Shown here: piece by piece, positions 47,656-58,536 of the stretch
How the letters are laid out: each line of letters opens with the position of its first letter
How positions within the stretch are numbered: position 1 is the first letter of the stretch
Assembly (NCBI GenBank): GCA_963674945.2
Contig: CAXXWQ010000003.1
Coordinates: 2,176,001 to 2,240,000 of the forward strand
Source of the DNA: an uncultured Desulfosarcina sp.
Lineage (GTDB): Bacteria; Desulfobacterota; Desulfobacteria; Desulfobacterales; Desulfosarcinaceae
Reading direction: 5' to 3'
DNA length: 64,000 nt
Position numbers and translations under genes: made by a program
Notes under the pieces: model-generated
The model's input: the letters and a program-made list of their open reading frames with translations, nothing else
Told to the model about the DNA's origin: nothing
Databases searched by the model: none

Positions 47656-47880
47656 ATGGCAAACAATTTCAGACATCGTTTCGATTTTGATATCGGTTAT
47701 TTGATAAAAAGTCCATGCAAAGAGTGTGTGGATCGTTATCTGTTTCCTGATTGCATAGACGACTGCATGCCGCTGGATCGAATCCGTACGGTATTGGCCA
47801 ACTCCGTATCCTGCTCCAGGGTCCATTCATCCATGGAATCCAGCGCCATTTTTAATGACACTACGGAAAAGAAACAGTAA
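47656..47880 (+). CDS. Small Cys-rich hypothetical protein
   Basis: DFDIGYLIKSPCKEC...PDCIDDC. Confidence 0.6.
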   Translation: MANNFRHRFDFDIGYLIKSPCKECVDRYLFPDCIDDCMPLDRIRTVLANSVSCSRVHSSMESSAIFNDTTEKKQ

Positions 47881-48034
47881 AGACGCCGTTTTCGAACCTA
47901 CCCGCCCAAAACCCGTTGTCAACAGCGACCTCCGGTTGCCGAAAACAAACCGAAGAGGCAAATCAATTCTGACATCATCCAACATCTTTTTCAAATGCGC
48001 GTGATGTCATGGCGGCTCAAGATCAGGAGGGACC

Positions 48035-49663
48035 ATGGGGAGTTATCGCTTTCATCATCAGCCACAGTATGAACGCCTGGCGGCGCATGCCAAAACCATG
48101 GAAGGCGACGCGTATCACCTCCGTGAACTGGTTCGTGCCCGTAACCGGTTAGCGGATTTCAGTGTCAGTGGCGGTGGCATCTTCTTCGATTTTTCCCGAC
48201 AGCGGGTGGTCAGCGAAACCATGGCAATGCTTTTCGATCTGGCCGAAAACGCCGATGTGCGCACCCGGTTCTCTGACATGACCCGTGGGAAAAAGGTCAA
48301 TCGAACCGAAAATCGAGCCGCCCTTCACACGGCAACACGGGATTTTTCCGGTTCGCCGGTTGTGTTGGACGGACGGGATATTCAGCCGGAACTCGCCGCC
48401 GTGCGAAGGAAAATCGAAGTATTCAGCCAAAGTGTGCACCGGGGGGACGTTGCCGGTTCAACGGGCAAAGCATTCCGCCATGTTGTCGTGGTGGGCATCG
48501 GTGGCAGCTACCTGGGTACCGAATTTGTCGCCAAAGCCCTGGAGGCCTATGCCGACAGGCAGATGACACTGGATTTTGTCGCCAATGTGGACATTCACAA
48601 TTTCGGGGCCGTCTGGATGCGGCGGTCGCCGGAAAAGACCCTGTGGATCATCATATCCAAGAGCTACACCACCGTCGAGACCATGGCCAACGAGGCGCTG
48701 ATCCGACGCCACATGGATGCCGCCAATCTGGACCCATCCAAGCATATCGTTACGGTTACCAGCAAGGGAAGCCCCGGCGATCAGGGCGGCACACAAAACC
48801 TGGCCTCATTTCATATGTTTGATTTCATCGGCGGGCGATACAGCGTGACCTCCGCCGTTGGCGGTGTGCCTTTGAGCCTCTATTTTGGCTACGATCGTTT
48901 CGAGCGGTTTTTAAAAGGTGCGCAGGAGATGGACATCCACGCAGTGAACGCCGCACCCGAAAAGAACATTCCCCTCCTGGCCGCCCTGATCTCAATATGG
49001 AATACCAGTTTTCTCCGGTATCCCAACAACGCCATCATCCCCTACGCATCACCGCTATGCAGATTGACACCACACGTCCAGCAGCTGAACATGGAGAGCA
49101 ATGGGAAGTCCGTCGATACACAGGGACGATTTCTGCGGGAGCCCGCCGGTACCGTCATTTTCGGAGAGCCGGGCACCAATGCCCAGCACTCCTTTTTTCA
49201 ACTGGCGCACCAGGGAAAGGCCTTTCCCATTGATTTTATCGGTGTTTTGCACCCGCAGTACCGAATCGACGAAGGACGCTTCAAAGGGGTGGGACATCAG
49301 CAGGAGTTGTGGGCAAATATGCTGGCCCAGGCCACGGCACTGGCAAACGGTCGGGAAAGCGAGGATCCGGCGAGGTTCTTTTCGGGGAACCGGCCCTCAT
49401 CGATTATCGTTCTGGAAAACTTGGAACCGGAAAACGTCGGCCGGTTGCTATCGTTTTACGAAGCCAAGACCGTATTCGAGGCTTTCATCTGGGGGATCAA
49501 TCCCTTTGACCAGTTTGGCGTGGAACTTGGAAAGGTGACCGCCGGGACCTTGCGAAGCGAGATTGCATTCCGAAACGATGATTCGAACCACGACTTTGCC
49601 GGCATCGATCCCATTAACCGCGCCTATCTGCAGATGATGTCCGACGGCCGGATTCCGAAGTAG
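48035..49663 (+). CDS. pgi: Glucose-6-phosphate isomerase
   Basis: TENRAALH, GIGGSYLG, GGRYS, QQLNMESNGK, GTNAQH, FDQFGVELGK. Confidence 0.97.
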   Translation: MGSYRFHHQPQYERLAAHAKTMEGDAYHLRELVRARNRLADFSVSGGGIFFDFSRQRVVSETMAMLFDLAENADVRTRFSDMTRGKKVNRTENRAALHTATRDFSGSPVVLDGRDIQPELAAVRRKIEVFSQSVHRGDVAGSTGKAFRHVVVVGIGGSYLGTEFVAKALEAYADRQMTLDFVANVDIHNFGAVWMRRSPEKTLWIIISKSYTTVETMANEALIRRHMDAANLDPSKHIVTVTSKGSPGDQGGTQNLASFHMFDFIGGRYSVTSAVGGVPLSLYFGYDRFERFLKGAQEMDIHAVNAAPEKNIPLLAALISIWNTSFLRYPNNAIIPYASPLCRLTPHVQQLNMESNGKSVDTQGRFLREPAGTVIFGEPGTNAQHSFFQLAHQGKAFPIDFIGVLHPQYRIDEGRFKGVGHQQELWANMLAQATALANGRESEDPARFFSGNRPSSIIVLENLEPENVGRLLSFYEAKTVFEAFIWGINPFDQFGVELGKVTAGTLRSEIAFRNDDSNHDFAGIDPINRAYLQMMSDGRIPK

Positions 49664-49757
49664 GTCCTTTCGGCGGACTATTTATCCGGTTATTTTATTC
49701 AATCGACAAAGTCGAGAACGCCGGCATGGGCCATGAGATGCCCTTTGTGTGAGGACA

Positions 49758-50768
49758 CTACACGGGGAACCGGTAAAGGACAGCCCCCCACGTAACCCCC
49801 GCACCCAGTCCGAGAAACATGACCGTGCTGCCCGGTCCCACGATCTTTTTTTCCACGGCTTCGTCCAGGGCGATGGGAATACTCGCCGCCGTCGTGTTTC
49901 CGTATTTCTGGATGTTGTTGAATACCTTGGATTCCGGAAGATCCAATGCCTTGGCAAAGGCTTGGTTAATTCGCAGATTGGCCTGGTGGGGGATGAACAG
50001 GTCCACTTCGGAAAGTGGGACATCCGCTGCCGACAAGGCTTCTTTCGCCACTTCGGGAAGCCGCCGCACCGCGTGTTTGAATATGTTCCTGCCATCCATA
50101 TGGGGATAGTGTTTGCCCTCTGCCAACATCGTTTCATCGATTCTGGGATTTTCCCTTGATGCCGGTGCGTAAACCATCAGGCTTTCTGCCAGGGAACCGT
50201 CGGCATGAAGACACGAGGCGAGAACGCCGGCATTCACATCTGTTTCCATTCGTTCCAGACAAACGGCAGCCGCGCCATCACCAAAAATCACCGCAACATC
50301 CCTTCCGTTCGTGCTGACGTCGAGGCCTGTGCTGTGAACCTCGGCGCCGACCAAAAGCACGCGCTCGGCCATGCCGCTTCGAATGTATGCATCGGCGGTG
50401 GCCATGCCGTACAGAAAACCGGTACATTGCTGACGGATGTCCAGGGCAGGCGTCGTTGTCAGGCCCAGTTTATGGGCCAGCAGGCATCCGGAGCCGGGGA
50501 AAAAATAGTCCGGGCTCAGTGTGGCGAAAACAATGAGGTCGATCTCATTCGGTTCCCAACCGGCACGTTCCAAGGCGATTTTCGAAGCTTCAAATCCCAG
50601 ATCGGCTACACCAACGCCGCCCTCTTCCGGAATCCAATGACGCTTTTGAATGCCGGTACGTTGGACAATCCATTCATCGGATGTATCCATTTTCTGCGCA
50701 AGGTCCTCATTGGTAACGATTCGCGGCGGAAGGTATCGGCCGGTACTCCTTAAAACAGTTCGTTTCAT
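49758..50768 (-). CDS. fabH: 3-oxoacyl-ACP synthase III family protein
   Basis: DTSDEWI..RTGI, QQCTGF, FGDGA, PHQAN, GNTTAASIP. Confidence 0.9.
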   Translation of the reverse strand: MKRTVLRSTGRYLPPRIVTNEDLAQKMDTSDEWIVQRTGIQKRHWIPEEGGVGVADLGFEASKIALERAGWEPNEIDLIVFATLSPDYFFPGSGCLLAHKLGLTTTPALDIRQQCTGFLYGMATADAYIRSGMAERVLLVGAEVHSTGLDVSTNGRDVAVIFGDGAAAVCLERMETDVNAGVLASCLHADGSLAESLMVYAPASRENPRIDETMLAEGKHYPHMDGRNIFKHAVRRLPEVAKEALSAADVPLSEVDLFIPHQANLRINQAFAKALDLPESKVFNNIQKYGNTTAASIPIALDEAVEKKIVGPGSTVMFLGLGAGVTWGAVLYRFPV

Positions 50769-51171
50769 GATCGCGCACTCCTTGATGGGGAATCCATTTT
50801 ATGGGAAAGGCCGGTATCGTTGACGCGTAACCGGAATTTTATCGGTTTCGATATCCAACATATACGTTTAGATCAAAAAATGATCAACCATTTTGCCGTA
50901 ATCCGATCACGATGGGAAAGTCTTAAAGGCAGATGCACGACTTTTGCAGCAAAAAACATTTCATGGATCGATTATAGATAAAATTCTTAAGTTTGCCGGT
51001 TCTGTCGTCGATATCTTTACTGAATTAAACTCGTGACCGGGGCTATTTACTCTGTGACCGTGACCAATTCAGCGTGTGTGCACGGACCTGTGAGATCACT
51101 TGTCGGCAAGTCGCTTTCCAGAAAAGCATTTTTTTTATGCCGACAACGGCGTTGAGGTAAGCGAAGCGGTG

Positions 51172-53802
51172 ATGGCAAAAGACGAAGAAGAAATACTGGA
51201 CGAAGACCAGCAAAAGGCTTTCGATAGCATCATGGCCCAGATTCAGGGTGGTGATGGGGTTGCGGACGCGGTCGAGAAGCCGGCACCGGAGGGATCAACT
51301 GCGGTCGATGATGAGGTTGCTTTTGCCGCCGAACTCGAAAACGCTGCCCAGGAGGCGTCTGCCGGAAAAGCCGCTTCATCCTCTTCCGACGGAGCTACGA
51401 AGGACGATGAAGATGGCCTGGATGATGAGCAACAGAAGGCCTTGGATAGCATCATGGCCCAGATCGGGGGCGGTGATGGGAGTGCAAAAGAAGTCGAAGA
51501 GAAGGCCCGGGAGGAAGGGGCGGCGGTCGACGATGAGGTCGATTTTGCCGCCGAGCTTGAAAAAGTCGTCCAGGAGGCGTCCGCAGGGGAAATTGTATCA
51601 TCTTCTTCCAACGAAGTTTCGATTGACGAAGAAGACTTGGACGAAGACCAGCAAAAGGCCTTCGATAGCATCATGGCCCAGATCGGGGGCGGTGATGGGG
51701 ATGCGGAAAAGGTCGAAAATCCTGCCAGGGAGGAATCGGAAGCGGTCGACGATGATATCGATTTTGCCGCCGAGCTTGAAAAAGTCGTCCAGGAGGCATC
51801 CGCAGGGAAGGCCGGACCATCCTCATCCGAGGAAAGTTCGGATGACGGTGAAGTGACTCTGGATGATGAGCAGCAGAAGGCCTTGGACAGCATCATGGCA
51901 CAGATCGAGGGCGGTGATGGGGATGCGGAAACGCTCGAAGATTCTGCCCGGGAGGAAGGAGCCGCGGTCGATGATGAGGTCGATTTTGCCGCCGCGTTAG
52001 AAAAAGTGGCCCAGGAGGCATCTGCAGAAACGAACGCCTCATCCACTGCCGAGGAAGATTCGGATGACGATGAGGTGGGGCTGGATGATGAGCAGCAGAA
52101 GGCCTTCGAGAGCATCATGGCACAGATCAATGAAGGCAATAATGATACCGACGACAACGTCGACGAACCGGATGCCGACGCGGAGGATTCGCAAAGATCT
52201 GTGGAAATCGCCGATGAATCGAACGATTCGGAACCTCCGAGCGCCGTCGAATCAGAACAGGAGACACCGGCCGAAGAAGAAGTGCCAATCGAAGATATTT
52301 CCGATGAGATCGACGATATATTGGCGGAAGTCCGTGATGAGGAGGATGAGCCGGAAGAAGCCGATGATACGGGGGAAAAAGAGGATATTGTCGTCGCAGC
52401 CTTGAATGGTGGCACTTTGCCTCCGGAAGCCGGTAAAGATCAAAAGGATGAATCCGGCAAAGGGAAAAAGAGGACAACCACGAATCAGGAAAAATCGTCT
52501 GGCGAAAAAAAACAATCCAAATCAAAGAAAAAAGACGACACCCCATCTCCTGTTGCATCCAAGGGAACGAAGAGGGTCGAACCGTTGCGTGAGGCGGCCC
52601 CGACAAAGGCAAAGAGGAAGAATAAGAAGCGGGTCGTATTACTCTCGACGGGGTTTGTGATCCTGCTCTCCTTTGCAGGCTATTTCTTTTGGACGCAGAA
52701 AATCCAACGCGGATCCGAAAATACGACGGTACCAATCGCCGAAGCCGTGGTTCACAAAGTCCCGGAAGAAGTACACCCTGCTTCTTCCGACCCTGTGGAA
52801 CAGGCCTTCGTTGAAGATTCTTCCGATGTATCCAGGTTGAAAATGACTGCCGAGGCGTTGATGCGGCTGCGGGAAAGAGTGATGGAAAAGCAAACCGAGA
52901 TTGATGAGCTGCAAGGCTACTACCAAACGGGAATCGAGGCCGAGGTCAACGCCATCATGAAAATCGTGCAAGATGCCAAAATGGAGGAACGATCCCATGA
53001 GGCAGCCATGAAAGATCCTCGGATTCGGCTTGGATTGACGGCCATTCAACGGCGAGATTCCTACATCCAAAAGCTCAAAGAACCGGCAAAACAGCTTTTG
53101 GATAATGGTGAAGAGCTTTTGTTTTTATCGCGAAAAGCCGAGTTACTGGCCCTGATGGCTGAAAAGACAAGCGATCTGGAAATCGACGGATTCATCCGGA
53201 CAGCCGAGGAGATTGCCGCTTCCCATGGGGCTCACCTGGAAAATCTCAATATCGATGCCGATTCGGCCACGTCGGCTTCCACCCAATCCATTTGGCGGGA
53301 CATCATCGGACGGTTACCGAAAAAACAGGCAATTGCCTCCGTTGGAAACGTCGAGGCCGCAAAAACGGATAATTCGCAGATATGGAAACAAATCTGCGAC
53401 GGAGACCTTTCCCAGCGCCATCGTCTGACCCAATTAAATCCATCGGCCGCCAAGTGTCTGGCCGCATGGGATGGCAAGGACCTGTATCTTAACAATCTGA
53501 CGGAACTGTCGCCAGAGGTGGCCGCACAATTGGCGCAATGGGACGGTGATTGGCTGGGCTTGAACGGCCTTACGGAACTCTCCCCGGAGGCGGCGAGTCA
53601 TCTGGCTCGCTGGAAAGGAAAAAAACTTTCATTAAACGGACTCACGCGACTTTCACCCAGAGTCGTTGCAATCTTGTCCGAATGGAGGGGGGAGCAAATC
53701 GAACTCATCAACGTAAAACACATGGCGCATTGGGAGAATCAAAACACCCGGCTCTTCCTCTCGGAGGACTTGCAACGAAAACGCCTTGTCAAAGGAGACT
53801 AA
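51172..53802 (+). CDS. Single-pass membrane protein with acidic N-terminal tandem repeats and C-terminal LRR-like repeats
   Basis: Five LD(E/D)(D/E)QQKA(F/L)(D/E)SIMAQI motifs; basic stretch then TM helix; three LxLNxLTxLSP repeats. Confidence 0.85.
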   Translation: MAKDEEEILDEDQQKAFDSIMAQIQGGDGVADAVEKPAPEGSTAVDDEVAFAAELENAAQEASAGKAASSSSDGATKDDEDGLDDEQQKALDSIMAQIGGGDGSAKEVEEKAREEGAAVDDEVDFAAELEKVVQEASAGEIVSSSSNEVSIDEEDLDEDQQKAFDSIMAQIGGGDGDAEKVENPAREESEAVDDDIDFAAELEKVVQEASAGKAGPSSSEESSDDGEVTLDDEQQKALDSIMAQIEGGDGDAETLEDSAREEGAAVDDEVDFAAALEKVAQEASAETNASSTAEEDSDDDEVGLDDEQQKAFESIMAQINEGNNDTDDNVDEPDADAEDSQRSVEIADESNDSEPPSAVESEQETPAEEEVPIEDISDEIDDILAEVRDEEDEPEEADDTGEKEDIVVAALNGGTLPPEAGKDQKDESGKGKKRTTTNQEKSSGEKKQSKSKKKDDTPSPVASKGTKRVEPLREAAPTKAKRKNKKRVVLLSTGFVILLSFAGYFFWTQKIQRGSENTTVPIAEAVVHKVPEEVHPASSDPVEQAFVEDSSDVSRLKMTAEALMRLRERVMEKQTEIDELQGYYQTGIEAEVNAIMKIVQDAKMEERSHEAAMKDPRIRLGLTAIQRRDSYIQKLKEPAKQLLDNGEELLFLSRKAELLALMAEKTSDLEIDGFIRTAEEIAASHGAHLENLNIDADSATSASTQSIWRDIIGRLPKKQAIASVGNVEAAKTDNSQIWKQICDGDLSQRHRLTQLNPSAAKCLAAWDGKDLYLNNLTELSPEVAAQLAQWDGDWLGLNGLTELSPEAASHLARWKGKKLSLNGLTRLSPRVVAILSEWRGEQIELINVKHMAHWENQNTRLFLSEDLQRKRLVKGD
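51196..52130 (+). repeat. Coding tandem repeat, ~222-bp unit, four copies plus a partial fifth
   Basis: Unit starts at 51196, 51418, 51637, 51859 and 52081. Confidence 0.9.
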
Positions 53803-53805
53803 CGC

Positions 53806-54381
53806 ATGAGAAGTTCCAATATCTTCGGGCGGATTTTTTCGTTGGCGGTGCTTTTGTTTTTTTCCATACACCCCGCATTCGCAAAGACTGAAGACGATGG
53901 CGAGCAACTGCTAAAGACCATGGCCGAAATTTCATTGCTCAACAACCAAATGGCGCAGAGAAAGGTGGATGCCGAAAATATTCGGGATGCATTGATCAAA
54001 CAATTGAAGTCGATCCAGTCGGAGACACGAGATGAGCTGAAAAAGAAGAAGATCGGCAGTGAAAACAAAGCCAAAAAAGACCCGAGGATCCGGCACAATA
54101 TGATGCTCATTGCCGAGATCAGCGCCTATATCGACAGATACACGCAAAAGATTCGATACTATCGCGTGGCCTGCGACCGTCTTACGTATCTTTATCAGAA
54201 GGCCGACGATGATCTGAAGATCGTCAGTACGCTCTCCGGGTTGAAGATCGATGCCTTGATCGACCAGGCGAATCGACTCATCGACGATTACATGCCCCAG
54301 GCCCAGACCATACTCCTTTCTCCCCAAACGATCACCATTAAAGAGCCGGATCAGTATCTAAAAGGATTCGCGCTGAAATAG
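53806..54381 (+). CDS. Exported helical hypothetical protein
   Basis: GGAG RBS, signal peptide, coiled-coil pattern; KDPRIR motif shared with the upstream protein. Confidence 0.75.
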   Translation: MRSSNIFGRIFSLAVLLFFSIHPAFAKTEDDGEQLLKTMAEISLLNNQMAQRKVDAENIRDALIKQLKSIQSETRDELKKKKIGSENKAKKDPRIRHNMMLIAEISAYIDRYTQKIRYYRVACDRLTYLYQKADDDLKIVSTLSGLKIDALIDQANRLIDDYMPQAQTILLSPQTITIKEPDQYLKGFALK

Positions 54382-54464
54382 GGGATAGACACCAGGCATC
54401 GGGCGTGATAATTCAGCCTACATTGAGCGTTTCATCTTTCTCAGGTTTGGGTAAAAGGAGAAAT

Positions 54465-55058
54465 ATGGCTGAAAGCAAGCAACCCGGATACGTAAAATCG
54501 GAAACTGTGATCTGGCTCGTCGTGGCATCCCTTTTGGTTGGATTCGTTGGCGGCGTCGCCTTCGGGATTTACAAAAGCGGGACCGTTCGCGGGCTTCAAC
54601 CAACCAGTGCCGAGGATTCGCAACGAAAGGCCGCCATCGAAGCACTTCAGGCCAGAATCCGTCAGGATTCCCAGGACCTGGATGCATGGATTCAATTGGG
54701 CCATCACTATTTCGACGCGGGATTGACCAAAAACGCCGTCGATGCCTATGAGAAAGCCTTGGCCATCGATCCGAATGATGCCAATATCTGGACGGATTTA
54801 GGGGTAATGTACCGAAGAAACGGTGATCCAAGAAAAGCGGTGGAAGCCTTCGACAAGGCCATCGCAGTGGACCCCGCCCATGAAATCTCCCGATTCAACA
54901 AAGGAATCGTTCTCTTTCACGACTTGCAAGACGAGGATGGCGCCCTAAAGGCATGGGAATCTCTGTTGGCCATCAATCCCGACGCCAAGACACCGGGCGG
55001 TCAAACCGTCCGGGAACTGGTGGACCATATAAAAAGCAACCATGGAAAAAACAAATGA
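54465..55058 (+). CDS. Membrane-anchored TPR protein
   Basis: AWIQLGHHYFD, AYEKALAIDP, WTDLGVMYRR, AFDKAIAVDP. Confidence 0.9.
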   Translation: MAESKQPGYVKSETVIWLVVASLLVGFVGGVAFGIYKSGTVRGLQPTSAEDSQRKAAIEALQARIRQDSQDLDAWIQLGHHYFDAGLTKNAVDAYEKALAIDPNDANIWTDLGVMYRRNGDPRKAVEAFDKAIAVDPAHEISRFNKGIVLFHDLQDEDGALKAWESLLAINPDAKTPGGQTVRELVDHIKSNHGKNK

Positions 55059-55606
55059 AAAAAGCGGTTTGCAACCGGTCCGCCCTGATCTGTAAAGGAC
55101 GTGTGTTTGATCTTTATTCCGAAAACATCACTCTTCCCAACGGCGTTACCTTCGAAATGGAGATCATCCGGCACCCCGGTGCCGCCGCCATCGTTCCCGT
55201 CATGAAGGACGGGCTCGTATTGCTTCTACAACAATACCGTCATGCGGTTGGCGGTTACATATGGGAAATACCCGCAGGAACACTGGAAGCCGGGGAGGAT
55301 CCCCGTCAATGCGCACAGCGGGAACTCATCGAAGAGACCGGCTACAGCGCCGGGTCCTTCGAAAAGCTTACGGAACTTACGCCCCTTCCCGCATATTCGG
55401 ATGAGAGAATCCACATTTACCTGGCGACCGATCTTTCCCGCGCCACGCAACGATTGGACGACGACGAAATTCTTTCCGTTCATCCGTTTGGTTTTAACGA
55501 GGCATTGGAAATGATCTCCAACGGCAAGATTCAGGATGCCAAAACCATCGCCGGTTTGCATCTTGCCGCCGGGCGTCCAAAAGACGTGTGCAACCGATTA
55601 CGGTGA
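55055..55606 (+). CDS. NUDIX hydrolase (ADP-ribose pyrophosphatase-like)
   Basis: HPGAAAIVP, QYR, WEIPAG..E......AQRELIEETG, IQDAKT. Confidence 0.9.
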   Translation: MKKAVCNRSALICKGRVFDLYSENITLPNGVTFEMEIIRHPGAAAIVPVMKDGLVLLLQQYRHAVGGYIWEIPAGTLEAGEDPRQCAQRELIEETGYSAGSFEKLTELTPLPAYSDERIHIYLATDLSRATQRLDDDEILSVHPFGFNEALEMISNGKIQDAKTIAGLHLAAGRPKDVCNRLR

Positions 55607-55607
55607 A

Positions 55608-55847
55608 TCACCGGCATTCGGGCGGCGTTCGTGTACAATGGGTGCTCTGGAGGCGCTCGGTGTATTTCGCCCAAAATCCCTTCTTTGTTTTGGTATCCGC
55701 CGAATCGTATTTTCGCCGACAGGCGTCTGAACAAAAATAGTGGATCCCTTTGTCATCCTTGGAGGTAAAATGGATTTCACGCGGGTCGAAGGTTTTCCCG
55801 CACACGGGATCGACTACAGTTTCCGGGTTTGTGCTGGTTTGTGTCAT
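55608..55847 (-). CDS. YHS-domain small protein
   Basis: VDPVCG...HYFCSDACRRKY. Confidence 0.75.
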   Translation of the reverse strand: MTQTSTNPETVVDPVCGKTFDPREIHFTSKDDKGIHYFCSDACRRKYDSADTKTKKGFWAKYTERLQSTHCTRTPPECR

Positions 55848-56309
55848 GTTTGCCCCCTTTCTGTTACCAAATACGATGCCTATTCGCTTCGTAGAATATA
55901 ATACCGTTTCGTCAATTCGCACGTTCATTTTTTCATGCCGGTATCCTGTCCTCTTGCTGTTCTACGAAAAAATGGAAATCTGTTGGCCTGGTTGCGTGGT
56001 CAGTTTATCGTCAGGACTCCTCAAGCGTGAACAGGGAAGAAGAAAGGGGATTTCGGATAGACGTAATGTGAAGATCGTAAGCGCGCCGAAGGAGGTTTGG
56101 CTTTTTTGATCAGCGATCATGCCTGTTTCAGGCAGATAAACGGTTTTTCTGCTGACAAACGAAACCATGTCAGATTTTTTTACAAAATAGAAAATTTTGC
56201 CAACAGTTCACATTCTCTTGTGAAGATGTCAAGTTGGCATTTACCTGGTTGTCTGAAGAAAATCAATCAATGGCAGCTTTTTCGTTATGGTACTGAACTT
56301 GCTTGAATA

Positions 56310-57374
56310 TTGCGTAGCTCGATGGACGCGGCGATTGATCCAATAGACAGGGGAATAGACAAAGGACTGAACATGCTTGATGATAACAGGCAATTGCCTG
56401 CTTCCCAGAACCAGCCTGCATCGGAATCGGTGAAAAAGCTTGTCGCCCGATGGATGCCTCAGCACTGGAAAAGCGATACCCTCCGTGTGCATACGGATAC
56501 CACAGATTTTTTTTCCATTGAATACGGAGATGTAGTGCTTTTGGAGGGTCATCCCTACCTGATTCGCAACAATGCCCGGGAAGGCCGGTTCGGACTGGAG
56601 GATGACGTCAAACACTGGGTCAAGCGATCCATCGATTTGGTCAGCGGAGAGATGTGCATCATCAAGCTGGTTTTTTACGAAAAGTTTACGACGCGTATCG
56701 GCGGAATCGAATTTGAATGTTTTCGCAGTCCACGAAAGGAGGCCCGTATTCTGGATCTGGTGAAAACCCATCCCAATTTCATGCACGGCATCTCAACGAT
56801 TGATGCAAAAGAAAACACCGTCCGTATTTTGCAGCATATTCGCGGCCCATCTCTTTCCAATTATATTGCCGACATTGTGCAAAACCATGAAAGATATTTT
56901 TATGAAACCTTCCCAAAGATTTTAACAAATTTCATCACATGTGTGGCCGCCATTGGATTTTTGCACGACCATAGAGAAAAACACGGAGACATCCGAAGGG
57001 ATCATATCCTCGTGGACAAACAGACCGGCCAATACCGATGGATCGATTTTGACTACAATTTTCGGCACCGGGAAAATATGTTTGGGTACGATCTGTTCGG
57101 ACTGGGCAATATTCTTATGTACATTGTGGGCAAAGGCGACGTGTATGTGGGGGACCTCGCACGAACCGATCCTGCGATGATTTCCCGACTGACCGATGCG
57201 GATTTGAATATCGTGTTTCATAACCGTGTGGCCAATCTGAAAAAAGTGTATCCCTATATTCCCGAATCCTTGAATCTGGTACTGTTGCATTTTTCCAACG
57301 GTGCCAACTGGTTTTACGAAAACACCGAACAATTATTGCATGATCTTGGATCCGCCATGTGCGACATGCAATAA
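56310..57374 (+). CDS. Protein-kinase-like protein
   Basis: IIKLVF, EARIL, HPNF, FLH..EKHGDIRRDHI, IDFD, YDLFGLG. Confidence 0.8.
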   Translation: MRSSMDAAIDPIDRGIDKGLNMLDDNRQLPASQNQPASESVKKLVARWMPQHWKSDTLRVHTDTTDFFSIEYGDVVLLEGHPYLIRNNAREGRFGLEDDVKHWVKRSIDLVSGEMCIIKLVFYEKFTTRIGGIEFECFRSPRKEARILDLVKTHPNFMHGISTIDAKENTVRILQHIRGPSLSNYIADIVQNHERYFYETFPKILTNFITCVAAIGFLHDHREKHGDIRRDHILVDKQTGQYRWIDFDYNFRHRENMFGYDLFGLGNILMYIVGKGDVYVGDLARTDPAMISRLTDADLNIVFHNRVANLKKVYPYIPESLNLVLLHFSNGANWFYENTEQLLHDLGSAMCDMQ

Positions 57375-57386
57375 AAAGGAGGTGTC

Positions 57387-57860
57387 ATGAAAAAAGCGCA
57401 AACCGTACAGAAGAACAAAAAATTTCTGGTTGCCGTCGATGATTCCGCAAACTCTCGTCGCGCCGTTGAATATGTCGGTTACATTATAGGCGGTATTGAC
57501 GGTATTCATGTGACGCTGCTTCATGTGATTCCCGAACCGGAGGATGATTATTTTCAGGAAGAAAGACTAAAGGCGCAATGGGTAAGAAAATATCAAGAAA
57601 AGATGACCTCGGTTCTGGAGGACTATCATGGTATATTAACTGCCGCTGGTATTCCCGAAGGTGCCATCGAAACCCGAATGCCCATGCGCCATTGCCCTTC
57701 CATGGCCGAATGCATCCTTTCGGAAAAGGATGACCGCAACTTCGGCACCATTGTTGTAGGACGCCATGGATTGTCCAGACAGGAAGAATTCCTTTTCGGC
57801 AGCATTTCCAGCAAAATTATCAATCACGCCCGCCATTGCACGGTATGGGTGGTGGAGTGA
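57387..57860 (+). CDS. Universal stress protein
   Basis: LVAVDDSANSRRAV, TIVVGRHG, GSISSKII. Confidence 0.92.
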   Translation: MKKAQTVQKNKKFLVAVDDSANSRRAVEYVGYIIGGIDGIHVTLLHVIPEPEDDYFQEERLKAQWVRKYQEKMTSVLEDYHGILTAAGIPEGAIETRMPMRHCPSMAECILSEKDDRNFGTIVVGRHGLSRQEEFLFGSISSKIINHARHCTVWVVE

Positions 57861-58053
57861 AATCGTTGATCCAACGAGACCAGATGTCTGCCCTTGCAGT
57901 TGACCGGCCGTAACGGGTCCTATAATGGCGCTGTCGTCGCAGCTGTGCACTGCGCCGAGACCGCCTCAAAAATCGAACATTGTGTTCAAACGAGACGAAA
58001 CGTCCCTCCTGCATTGCGTTCAGACGCTTTTTCCAGCCGGCTGGTAAAAAGGC

Positions 58054-58536
58054 TCACTTCAGTTGATAAGGATTGATCGAGAGCACCGGTATTGGTGATT
58101 TCTTAACCACCTTTTCCGCCACGCTGCCAAAAATCACGTGCTCCAATCCCTTTCTGCCGTGGGTTCCCATAATCAGCAGATCGATGTCCTCGGATTCAAT
58201 GACATTCAGAATTTCCTCGGCTGTATCCCCGGCGACGACAATCTTTTGAAAATTGGGACAGCTTTGCAATTGATCATCGCATACGGATTGCAGTGTCTTC
58301 TTGGCAGCTTCGATGGCCTCGTCTTGGAATTTGTCCATGGAAGGATGGGGCACATAAAGTTTTCCCCATCTGTTCAGATCCTGCACCACATGGAGCAGAT
58401 AGACGATACTGTCATATTTCTCGGCAAGGGATAAGACATACGGCAGCAGTTTCGATGAATTTTCCGTTAAGTCAACGGGGAAGAGTATCCTATTGATGAT
58501 GACCGTTTTTTTAATCGTCCCGGACTCTTTGTCCAT
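58054..58536 (-). CDS. Universal stress protein
   Basis: ILFPVDL, DLLIMGTHGRKG, GSVAEKVV. Confidence 0.92.
   Translation of the reverse strand: MDKESGTIKKTVIINRILFPVDLTENSSKLLPYVLSLAEKYDSIVYLLHVVQDLNRWGKLYVPHPSMDKFQDEAIEAAKKTLQSVCDDQLQSCPNFQKIVVAGDTAEEILNVIESEDIDLLIMGTHGRKGLEHVIFGSVAEKVVKKSPIPVLSINPYQLK

Noticed and set aside
51243..52415. 390-aa Ser-rich minus-strand ORF
   Set aside because: Antisense shadow of the Asp/Glu-rich repeat gene.
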